Assembly (NCBI RefSeq): GCF_000018465.1
Contig: NC_010085.1
Span: 960,001 to 992,000, forward strand
Source of the DNA: Nitrosopumilus maritimus SCM1
GTDB taxonomy: Archaea > Thermoproteota > Nitrososphaeria > Nitrososphaerales > Nitrosopumilaceae
Direction: 5' to 3'
DNA length: 32,000 nt
Shown here: positions 1-12,000 of the stretch, one piece after another
Position numbering within the stretch: position 1 is the stretch's first letter
Layout: the number at the start of each line of letters is the position of its first letter
Position numbers and translations under genes: made by a program
The notes under the pieces: model-generated
Seen by the model: the letters and a program-made list of their open reading frames with translations, nothing else
What the model was told of the DNA's origin: nothing
The model's database searches: none

Positions 1-3000
1 GGATGCAGTCCATCCAAGGGATACTTGAGTACTACCAAATGTTGGAATTAAGTTAGTTGGTGGGGTTGGAACAGTTGCAGGAGTTACAGATATTGTAGTA
101 GATACAGGTCCATCATCAATATCGTTTTGTGCATATACTCTAAATTCATAGGTCACACCATTCTCCAAGTTACCAATTACGGCGTTAGTTACTGGTGGAA
201 GTCCAGTTACTGTTTGAGTAAGAGTATTTGCAAATCCATCTTTAGAGTATTCAATTACATAAGTATCAATGGTTACACCACCATCAAATGGTTCAGACCA
301 AGATAGTGAGACTTCACCATTACCTCGTTGTCCACTAAGACCAGTAACTTGACTTGGGCCATCAACTGGTGTTGCAGTTATTGGTGCAGATGGGTCACCA
401 AATCCAACTTCGTTTTCAGCAGATATTCTAAATTGATATTCTACACCGTTTTCCAAGTCTTCAATGTCAACTACAGTTGTTGGGTGAGTGACAAACTCTG
501 ATTGGTATTGACCTTCTACAAATGAATTAGCAGAAGTATAATCAATTCTGTATCGCTCTATTGGTTCACCGCCAGTATTACCTGGAGTCCATGATAATCC
601 AACAGTACCAGCAGAAGGTTGTGGGTCATCAAATGTTGGGGCATCTGGAACAGTAGCTGGTTTTGCAGTATCAGTGTTTGATGGGCCACTAGGTCCGGCA
701 GTGTTTACAGCAATAACACGGAATGTGTAGGTTACGCCATTTTGAAGACCGTTAATTATAGTATTAGTTGGTACAGGTAATGTTTCACTTGTTACGGTTT
801 GTGATGATGGGTTTGCACCAAAGTCACCATTTGCATCATCAGTGTATTCAACAATGTATGATGTAACTGGAACACCGCCAGTAACAGCTGGTGCGGCCCA
901 TGTTAAGGATACTTGAGTATTACCACGAGTTGCAACTAGATCAGTAGGATTACCAGATAATGCAGCAGGTGTTTCTGCCACTGGAACTGATTCATCACCA
1001 GGACCCACTCCGTTTACTGCAACTGCACGGAAGAGGTATTCTTGCCCATTGTTAAGACCAGTAACGGTAATCTCAGGAGTAGTTGATTCGGTTTGATCAT
1101 TAAACTCAAACCAGTTATCTCCGTTGTCAACACTGTATTCAATATAATAGTCAATAATGTCAGAACCACCATCCTCTACTGGAGGAGTAAATCCAATTGT
1201 AACTTGTCCATCTCCAAGTGTTGCAACTAGATCAGTTGGAGCATCAGGTGCTCTAGCTGGAGTTGCAGAGTCAACATCAGATGGTTCACCAAAGTCTACG
1301 CTGTTAGTAGCAGTTACTCTAAAGTAGTAAGTGTCACCATTGTTCAAGTTATTAATTGTTGCAGATAATGGAGATGCTGCAACATCAACAGATGATGTGA
1401 AGACACCATTGTTTGCATCAGTTTCATTAGTAGTGTATTCAATTCTATAACCAGTGATTGGAGTACCACCATTTGTTGGCTCAGACCATTCAACTTCCAC
1501 TTGAGCATTACCAGGAGTTAAGCTGATAATTTCTGTCTTGCCAGGTACATCAAATGTTGTGGCTTCTGCAGTAGAGGATGTGTCTCCTACTCCTGCATCA
1601 GTAATAGCAGCAACTCTGTAAGTGTATGATGTTCCTCTATCCAAGCCAGTGTCAGAGTATGTAGTATCAGCGCTTCCGGTGTCTGCCACAATTATTGTAA
1701 AGTCAGCCTCGCCTTCTGCTTGTCTTTCAATTTGGTATCCATCAATTGAAGCACCGCCTGTAAGTAATGGTGCATTCCATTCAAGATCAATTTCAGTGTC
1801 AGATATTGCTTCAGCATCTAGTCCAGTTGGGGCATCAGATAATGTTGCAGGTCTAGCAGTTGCTACATTAGATGTAGGACCAACATCTACTGCGTTTTCA
1901 GCAGAGACTCTAAACTCGTAAGTTAATCCGTTTGTAAGACCAGTTACAGTTACAAAGAGATTAGTGTTAACACCACCAACACCTTCATCAAATACTTGCC
2001 ATGTGGCTTCTGGTATTTGTGATGCAAGTCTATATTCAATAATGTAATCAATGATTTCCTCGCCACCATTATCTGCTGGTAATTGCCAATCCAGTATGAC
2101 TAGCAGATTTCCAAATTCTGCGTTGAGTTGTAGTGGTTTTGTTGGAACAGTAGCAGGTTTAGCGTCAAGGGTGTTTGATACTGGGCCGTTGTCTTCAATG
2201 TTTGTTGCAAATACTCTGAATGTGTAAGTAACACCATTTGTTAGACTGTCAATTGTTACAGTAGTTGGTAATGGTTCAGTATCAAAGACTTCAGATACAG
2301 TGTTTTCTGGATCAAATATTCCAGTTGGTGTGTATTGAACGGTATATTGAGTCAAATCAGAACCACCGTCAAATCCAGGAGTCCATGAAAGGGTTACAGA
2401 TTCATCACCGCGAACAGCAGAGTCTAATGTTGGGGCATCAGGTGCTCTAGCTGGAGTCTCAGTTACTTCATTAGAATAACCACTTGAACCATTATCGTTG
2501 GTTGCCTTTACACGGAATGTGTATTCAACACCATTATCTAGACCAGAGACAGTTGCTTGGGTATCTAGTGTTTCATCATCACCAATTATTACAGATGATG
2601 GAGGTTCATCAAAGACTCCGTTTTCATCGTCAGTGTATTCAACAACATAGGTGTTTAATGTAGAACCGCCATCAAATACAGAAGCAGTCCATGAGAGTGA
2701 TACAAATCCATTACCATGGTCTGTGACTTCAAGTAATGTTGGGGCATCAGGTACTGTAGATGGTGTTGCACTTACTGTGTTTGATGGATCACTAGAATCA
2801 TCAGTATCATCATTGTCACCATCATCTTCGTTATGAGCAATTACTCTAAACTTGTATTCTGAGCCATTATCTAGACCAGATATTGTTGCAGTTGTTGGTA
2901 ATACACCATCAACAGGAATAATTTCTTGTGTAGAGATAGTTGCAAAGTTGTCATCAGAATATTGTACTGTGTATCCTACAAGGTCATCTCCACCATCATC

Positions 3001-6000
3001 TAATGGGGTCAACCAGGAAAGTGAGACAAATGCATTACCGCTATCAGTTACTTGAAGGTCTCTTGGAGGTAGCGGATTAGTTGAAGGAATTCCAGTTAGA
3101 ACGTTTGATGGGTCACCAGAATCAACAAGGTTTCTTGCAGTTACTCTAAATGAGTACTCTACACCATTATCTAGTCCATCAATTGTTGTGGTTATAGGAT
3201 CATTGTTTTGTGGAGCAGTGATAACAACAGATTCTGTGTCTTGTGGATTAAATGCACCAGTAGAAGTGTACTCTACAAGATAATCGATTATTGGAGAACC
3301 GCCATTTGCTGGTTGGTTCCATACAATTGTGCTTTCTTGATCATCATCACTTGTTACAGATACAAGTACTGGGGCATCAGGTGGATTTGCAGGTGTTGTT
3401 GTTGCAGGGTTTGATGCAGGTCCTTCATCTGCAGAGTTTGTAGCAGTTACAACAAAGGTGTATGTTTGACCGTTTGTCAAACCAGTAACAGTTGTAGTAG
3501 TTACAGGTGGAGCTACACCATCAACGCTAGTAATTGTTACAGATTCAAAGTTGTTTGGATCAAATGTTTCTCCAGGAGTCCACTTTACTGTGTAAGATGT
3601 GATTGTGGCACCTCCATTACTTGATGGTTTCTCCCATACCAATAGAACTTGACCAGTTTGAGGAGTTGCAACAAGATTCTGTGGAGCAGATGGGGCTGTT
3701 GCAGGAGTTGCAGTTACTCTATCAGAGATATCACCATCTCCAACATCGTTGTGTGCAAATATTTCAAATAGATATGGTGTACCATTAGTTAATTCATCAA
3801 TTACAAGGGAGAATGTATTTCCATTAGCAGTTTGTTCCTCAGTCCAAGAGCCGCCATCAGTACTGTAACGAACTACATAGTATTCAATTTCAGCACCACC
3901 ATCACTGGCTGGTAAGGTCCAAGAAACTTCAACTTGGTTAGGTCCAGGTTCAGCAGCAGGATTTAGTGGTTCACTTGGAGTAGTAGCTGGAGTTTGTGAC
4001 AATACATTAGATGGTGCACTGTCATCGATTACATTACTTGAAATTATTCTAAAGTAGTAAGTATCACCATTTGTCAAACCAGTAACTGTGTAAGATTCAG
4101 CAGGTGGGTTACCTGAAATTGTTGCAGTATCTAAGATGCTTGCAAAGTTTTCATCTTCAGACCACTCTACATGATAAGAGTCAATTGGTTCACCACCATT
4201 ATTACCTGGAGTCCATGAAAGTGCAACAGATTGATTGCCTCTGTCAGCAGAGTCTAACGTTGGAGCATCAGGGAATGTTGCTGGTTTTGCAGATTTTATG
4301 TTAGATGGATCACTAGGTCCAAAGGCATTACTTGCGATTACTTGGAATTGGTATGTCAATCCATTTGTCAATCCAGAAATAGTTGTAGAAGTTGCTAATG
4401 CTTCATCATCACCAATCACCACAGTTCCAGTTGTTTGGAAATTATCGCTAGAATATTGGATTGTGTATTGAGTGATTGTGCTTCCTTGATCAAATTGAGG
4501 AGTCCATGAAAGGGTTACAGATTGGTTGCCTCTGTCAGCAGAGTCAAGAACTGGGGGTAGTGGGACTGTTGCAGGAATTGCAGTTATTGTTGCAGCATCA
4601 CCAGTTACACCATTAACGTTAGTAGCAGTAATTGTGAATGTGTATTCTACACCATTATTCAAACCATCAATATTTGCCTCATCTGCTGGAGCATTGATTG
4701 TAATTGTTTGAACTACATTGCCATTTGGATCAGTAACAGTGATTGTGTAAGATGCAATTTCACCACCTGCATTAGGAACTGGTTCAGTCCATTCAAGGTC
4801 TACTTGTTTGTCACCAGGAGTTGCTCCAAGGCCTGTTACTGCGTTTGGAGGACCAAATGGAGTTGCAGTGGCAGGAGCAGATGGAGTACTAGTTAATCCG
4901 TGTTCATTAGTAGCAGTAATTGTAAATTCGTATTCTACACCACTTGTTAGTCCAGGAATTACTGTATTATCTGCAGGTGCAGTTACTTGGACTGGATCAA
5001 CAGGAACACCATCAGAACCAGTTATTGTAATTGTATAATATGAAATATCACCACTGTTGTTATCATCTGCTTCATTCCAGGATAATGATGCTTGTCTATC
5101 ACCTGGAGTTGCCTCAAGTCCTGTTACTTGTAGTGGTGCTCCACGTGGAGTTGCAGTTGTTGTTGCAGCACTGCTTGTTAGGTTGTTTTCATTAGTTGCA
5201 GTTACTTCAAATGTGTAGTTTACACTGTTTGTCAAACCAGTAACTAGGTAAGAGGTTGTTAATGCTTCATCATCACCAATTACAATTGTTTGAACTACAG
5301 CACCACTTGGGTCACGTACTGTGATTGTGTAAAGTGTAATGTCACCGCTGCCGTTAAGGTCTGGTTGAGTCCAAGTGAGGTCTACTTGTTTGTCACCAGG
5401 AGTTGGGGTAAGGTTGCCTGGTGCTGCTGGTGGACCATATGGAGTTGCAGTGGCAGTTGCAGCAGGACCAGTGCTGTTGTTTTCATTGGTTGCAGATACT
5501 TCAAAGGTGTATGTTTCACCATTATCCAAACCAGTAACTGTTGTAGAAGTTGCTGGTGGATTTCCTCCAGTTCCAGTTACAGTAATAGTGTCAACTAGAG
5601 TGTTAGAAGAATCATAAACTTCAACTGTGTAAGAGGTAATGGCACCACTGTTGTTTTCATCTGCTGGATCCCATTCTAGAGATACTTGTTTGTCACCAGG
5701 AGTTGCCTCAAGTCCTGTTACTTGTAGTGGTGCTCCACGTGGAGTTGCAGTTGTTGTTGCAGCACTGCTTGTTAGGTTGTTTTCATTAGTTGCAGTTACT
5801 TCAAATGTGTAGTTTACACTGTTTGTCAAACCAGTAACTAGGTAAGAGGTTGTTAATGCTTCATCATCACCAATTACAATTGTTTGAACTACAGCACCAC
5901 TTGGGTCACGTACTGTGATTGTGTAAAGTGTAATGTCACCGCTGCCGTTAAGGTCTGGTTGAGTCCAAGTGAGGTCTACTTGTTTGTCACCTGAAGTTGG

Positions 6001-9000
6001 GGTAAGGTTGCCTGGTGCTGCTGGTGCTCCTAATGGAGTTTCAGTTGTTGTTGCGGCAGGACCAGTGCTGTTGTTTTCATTGGTTGCAGTTACTTCAAAG
6101 GTGTAGTTTACACCATTAGTTAAGCCAGTAACTGTTGTAGAAGTTGCTGGAGGGGCTCCCTGTGAACCAGTCAAGGTAATGGTATCAACAATAGCTCCGT
6201 TTGGATCACGTACTGTAACGGTGTAAGATGTAATGTCACCGCTGCCGTTAAGGTCTGGTTGAGTCCAAGTGAGGTCTACTTGTTTGTCACCTGAAGTTGG
6301 GGTAAGGTTGCCTGGTGCTGCTGGTGCTCCTAATGGAATTCCAGTTACAGGATCAGAAGATTCACTTGAGCCAACACTGTTTATTGCAACAAGTGTAAAG
6401 GAGTACTCATTTCCATTTGTTAGTAGAGATGCAGTATAATCAGTTGCATCTGCAGACAATGAAACATCATCTAAATCAATACCAGTGGTAAGATTTGTAA
6501 TACTAAGTGTATATCCAGTAATTGGAGTTCCTCCATTAGATGGTTTGGACCATGAAACAGTAAGTGAAGAGTCACCTACAACAGGTTCGTTAAGAACTGG
6601 TTTAGCTGGAACAGTAAATGTAGTTGCACTTGCAGGACTAGATGCATCACCTATACCAGCAGTAGTAATAGCAGAAACTCTATAGGTATATTCTACACCA
6701 CTTGATAATCCAAGGTCATTAAATGTAGTAGCAGTAGTTTGGGTATCTGCCACAATTATTGTAAAGTCAGCTTCACCTTCTGCTTGTCTTTCAATTTGAT
6801 AACCTGTCAAAGTACCAAATTGTGGATTCGTTGGAGGTGCAGTCCAAGTTAATTCAATCTCAGTATCAGAAAGTGCAGTTGCATCAAGATTAGTTGGAGC
6901 GTTAGGTGTAGTAATAGGCGTTGCAGTCACAGGAGTAGATGGAGTGCTAGTTAGATTGTTTTCATTTGTTGCAGTAATTGTAAATGAGTATTCTACACCA
7001 TTAGTCAAACCAGTAACTGTTGTAGAAGTTGCTAATGCTTCATCATCACCAATTATTATTGTTTGAACTACATTGCCACTTGGGTCAGTTACAGTAATTG
7101 TGTAAGTTTCAATTGCACCACTGTCATTAAGTTCTGGTTCTTCCCAATCTATGGTGACTTCACCATCTCCTGCATCAGCAGTAGGAGTGTCAATTACTCC
7201 TGGAGGACCAAATGGAATTTCGGTTGTACTTACGGCACTACTATCTAGATTGTTGCTATTAGTTGCAATTATCTCAAAGGTATACTCTACACCATTGTTT
7301 AATCCATCAATATTTACAGAGGTTGCTAATGGTTCATCATCACCAATTACAATTGTTTGAACTACGTTTCCACTTGGGTCACGTACTGTAATTGTATAAG
7401 TTTCAATTGCACCGCCAGCATTAGGAACTGGTTGAGTCCAAATTAGGTCTACTTGTTTGTCACCTGAAATTGCTTGAAGATCTGTTACGGGATTTGGTGG
7501 ACCAAATGGAGTTGCAGTGACAGGAAGAGATGGAATGCTGGTCAATCCATGTCCATTGGTTGCAGTAATTGTAAAGGAGTATGTTTCACCACTTGTCAAA
7601 CCAGGAACTGTTGTAGAAGTTGCTGGCGGATTTCCTCCAGTTCCAGTTACAGTAATAGTGTCAACTAGAGTGTTAGAAGAATCATAAACTTCAACTGTGT
7701 AAGAGGTAATGGCACCACTGTTGTTTTCATCTGCTGGATCCCATTCTAGAGATACTTGTCTATCACCAGGAGTTGCCTCAAGTCCTGTTACTTGTTCTGG
7801 TGCTCCACGTGGAGTTGCAGTTGTTGTTGCAGCACTGCTTGTTAGGTTGTTTTCATTAGTTGCAGTTACTTCAAATGTGTAGTTTACACTGTTTGTCAAA
7901 CCAGTAACTGTTGTCTCTGTTGCTAATGCTTCATCATCACCAATTACAATTGTTTGAACTACAGCACCACTTGGGTCACGTACTGTAATTGTGTAAAGTG
8001 TAATATCGCCACTGTTGTTAAGGTCTGGTTGAGTCCAAGTGAGGTCTACTTGTTTGTCACCAGGAGTTGGGGCAAGGTTGCCTGGTGCTGCTGGAGCTCC
8101 TAATGGAGTGGAAGTTACAGGATCAGATGGAGTGCTAGTTAGATTGTTTTCATTGGTTGCAGTAATTGTAAAGGAGTATGTTTCACCATTATCAAGTCCA
8201 GGAACTGTGTAAGAAGTTGCTGGCGGATTTCCTCCGGTTCCAGTTATGACAATTGTATCAACTAGAGTTCCAGAAGAGTCACGTACTTCAATGGTGTAAG
8301 AGGTAATGTCACCGCTGCCGTTAAGGTCTGGTTGAGTCCAAGTGAGGTCTACTTGTTTGTCACCTGATTCTGCAGTAGGAGTGTCAATTTGTCCCGGTGC
8401 ACCTAATGGAGTGGAGGTTGTTGTTGCAGCACTGCTAGTTAGGTTGTTTTCATTGGTTGCAGTTACTTCAAAGGTGTAGTTTACGCTGTTTGTCAAACCA
8501 GTAACTAGGTAAGAGGTTGTTAATGCTTCATCATCACCAATTACAATTGTTTGAACTACAGCACCACTTGGGTCACGTACTGTAACGGTGTAAGATATAA
8601 TGTCACCGCTGCCGTTAAGGTCTGGTTGAGTCCAAGTGAGGTCTACTTGTTTGTCACCTGGAGTTGGTGTAAGGTTGCCTGGTGCTGCTGGAGCTCCTAA
8701 TGGAGTGGAAGTTACAGGATCAGATGGAGTGCTAGTTAGATTGTTTTCATTGGTTGCAGTAATTGTAAAGGAGTATGTTTCATTGTTGGTCAAACCAGTA
8801 ACTGTTGTAGAAGTTGCTGGGGGATTTCCTCCGGTTCCAGTTATGACAATTGTATCAACTAGAGTTCCAGAAGAGTCACGTACTTCAATGGTGTAAGATG
8901 TAATGTCACCGCTGCCGTTAAGGTCTGGTTGAGTCCAAGTGAGGTCTACTTGTTTGTCACCTGATTCTGCACCAAGGTCATCAATTTGTCCTGGGGCGCC

Positions 9001-12000
9001 AATTGGAATTCCAGTTACAGCATCAGATGGGTCACTTGAACCTTCAGCATTAATTGCAATAAGTGTAAAAGAGTACGTGTTTCCATTGGTTAATTCACTT
9101 GCATTATAGTCAATTGCATTTGCAGGTAATGATACATCAGGGAAAGTGTTACCACCAGTAACATCAGTTATAGAAAGTGTATATCCAGTTAATGGAGAGC
9201 CACCATCATTTGGTGCAGACCATGAAACAGTAAGTGAAGAGTCACCTACAACAGGAGTGTTAAGAACTGGTTTTGCTGGAACAGTTACAGGAATTGCAGA
9301 TTCTACATCAGATGGATCACTTTCATCGACATCATTTATTGCAATTACTCTAAAGTAGTAAGTATCACCATTTGTCAAACCAGTCACAGTGTAAGTGGTA
9401 TCAGGAGGATTGCCTGAAAGTGTTACATCATCAAGTATTGATGAAAAGTCATTAGTGGACCATTCAAGACGGTACTCATCTATTGATTCACCACCATCGT
9501 CTGGAGTAGACCAAATAACTTCGATTTGTCCATCGCCAGCATTGAGTTCTGTTATTACTGGTGCATCAGGTGCTCTAGCTGGTGTTGCTTCAACCTCATT
9601 AGAAGGAGTTGCATTACCAAGTGCATTTACAGCATATACTCTGAATTTGTGCAATACACCATTTTCTAATCCAGTCACAGGAACATCAGTAGTGTCAATT
9701 GATTGGCCATCATTGTAAACTACAAATCCATTACCATCTCCATAATCAACTTCTATTACATAATCAGTAATTGGGAATCCATGGTTGTTAGGTGCAGACC
9801 ATGTAAGAAGAACTTGTTCATCTCCACGTTCAACAGAAAGGTCAAGAATTTGGGCTGGCACATCACCAGGGGTTGCAAGCTCTATTGCAGAGTATGGACC
9901 TTGATTAACACCATTTACAGCAGCAACTCGGAAAGAGTGTTCAACACCATTTTCAAGATTCTGAATTGTGAGTATGTTTTGTGGATCATTAAAGTTAGAA
10001 GATACTGTTTCCCAAGAACCACCTGCAGGTTTTACTTGTATGACATAATGGGTAATTGGTGAACCGCCATTATATGGAGTAGACCAAGCAATAGTTACAA
10101 ATTCATTTCCTGTTACTGTTTGAGCAGGATCAATTACTGGTGCATCAGGAATTGTTGCAGGAGTTGCAGTATCAAGATTAGAAGGAGGACTAGAACCGTT
10201 TTCATTTATTGCAATAACTCTGAATGTGTATGTCTGTCCGTTGGTTAATCCAGGTACAGTGTATTCAGTTAGAGGAGGATTACCAGAAACAGTTACAGAT
10301 GGAGTGTTTTGATCAAAAGTTCCATCAGTAGAATATTGTATTTCATATGAAGAAATTGTAGAACCACCATCATCATTAGGAGCATCCCAATCAACAAATA
10401 CTTCAGAATCACCAGGAGTCAAAGTATGCAAGAATGGAGCTGTAGCAGTAGAGCTAGGAGTTGCAGTGACAGGAGTAGAGAATGGACCTTCACCTGCAGA
10501 GTTTACTGCCTTTACTCTAAATGAATAAGTTTCTCCGTTTTCTAGATTATCTACAGTTACAAATCGGTTGGTACTTGTTCCGTCATTGAATACTTCCCAA
10601 CCATTACCATCATTAACTTCAATGATATAATCAGTAATTGCAGCACCATTGTTTGGAGGATGTTCCCATGTCAAGTATACTTGCCCATTACCACCAAGAG
10701 CCTCATCGATTACAGGTGCATCAGGTACGCCTGCAGGAGTTGCAGTGGCAATATCAGATGCATCACCAGTACCTTCTGTATTTACAGCAGATACTCTAAA
10801 GTCATAAGATTGTCCGTTTGTTAATCCAGTTACTGCAACATCAGTTGTATCAGTACTTGTTCCATCGTTGAATGTTTGCCATCCATTACCATCATTGTAT
10901 TCTATGATGTAATCAGTTATAGCAGAACCGCCGTTACTTGCTGGAGGAGCCCAAGAGAGTAAGACTTGCTCATCTCCAGATTCAGCAGTTAGATTTGTTG
11001 GAGCACCAGGGACACCTAATTCAGCAGTATATGTGATAATTAATCTAGGTGCTTCAGAAGAATCAGCATCATAAGATAATGCATCTCGGTCATTATCAGA
11101 ATTAACATCTTCAAATATGAGTGCAAGAGAATTTCCAGAGACCCATCCACCTCTGTTAACTATTTCTTGAACGATAGATACAAGAGATGGAGTTTGAGTG
11201 TCAGAACTTATTTCATTTTCAGACCAATCAGAAATGCTCCAAGATACAGTAGCACTAGTTGAAGTTCTTGAAGATATGTTAGTAGAATCAGTGGTAAATG
11301 TTGATGCGTTATCTACATCTTCACCGTAAATTGTAACAGATGAAGAACCTGAATCATTGTCTTGAGAGGTAAATTCAACATATGCTCCAGTAATTGTAGC
11401 ACCATTTGGAATTCCAACGTTGTTAAATCTTAAACCAACAAAACGGTCTTCATCTAAATCAAGATCATCATCATCAAGATCCATAGAATATGAAACACCA
11501 CCACCGCCACCATCATCATCGTCATCATCTTCATCAACGGTTCGAATTTGTTCGGCATCATCAGAAGATTGTGAGATTTGTATTGTTATTGTTAAAGCAC
11601 CAATTGGTGTTGCAGTTGCAATATTAGATACAGGTCCTGTTCCTTCTGCATTTACAGCAGACACTCTAAATGAGTATTCTTGGTCGTTGGTTAATCCAGT
11701 AACGGTAGCTGTGGTATCAGTACTTGTTCCATCAGCAAAAGTATTCCAACCAGAACCACTACTGTACTCTACAACATAATCTGTAATATCAGAACCGCCA
11801 TTAAATGGAGCAGTCCAAGATAGTGAAACATCAGTGTTTCCTGCAGTAGCAATAAGATTTGTTGGGGCACTAGGTGCAGAGGCTTCAAATGAATAAGTAA
11901 CTACAAGGAGTGGTGCTGCACTAGAATCGCCATCATGAGATTCAGCAGTTCTTTCACCATCACCAGTAATTATAATTGAAAGGGAATTATCACTGCTCCA

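Noticed and set aside
5105-5992. Possible mobile element or inserted duplicate
   Set aside because: Repeat length is an exact multiple of the FN3 module and preserves the frame; no transposase, inverted ends or target duplications were seen.
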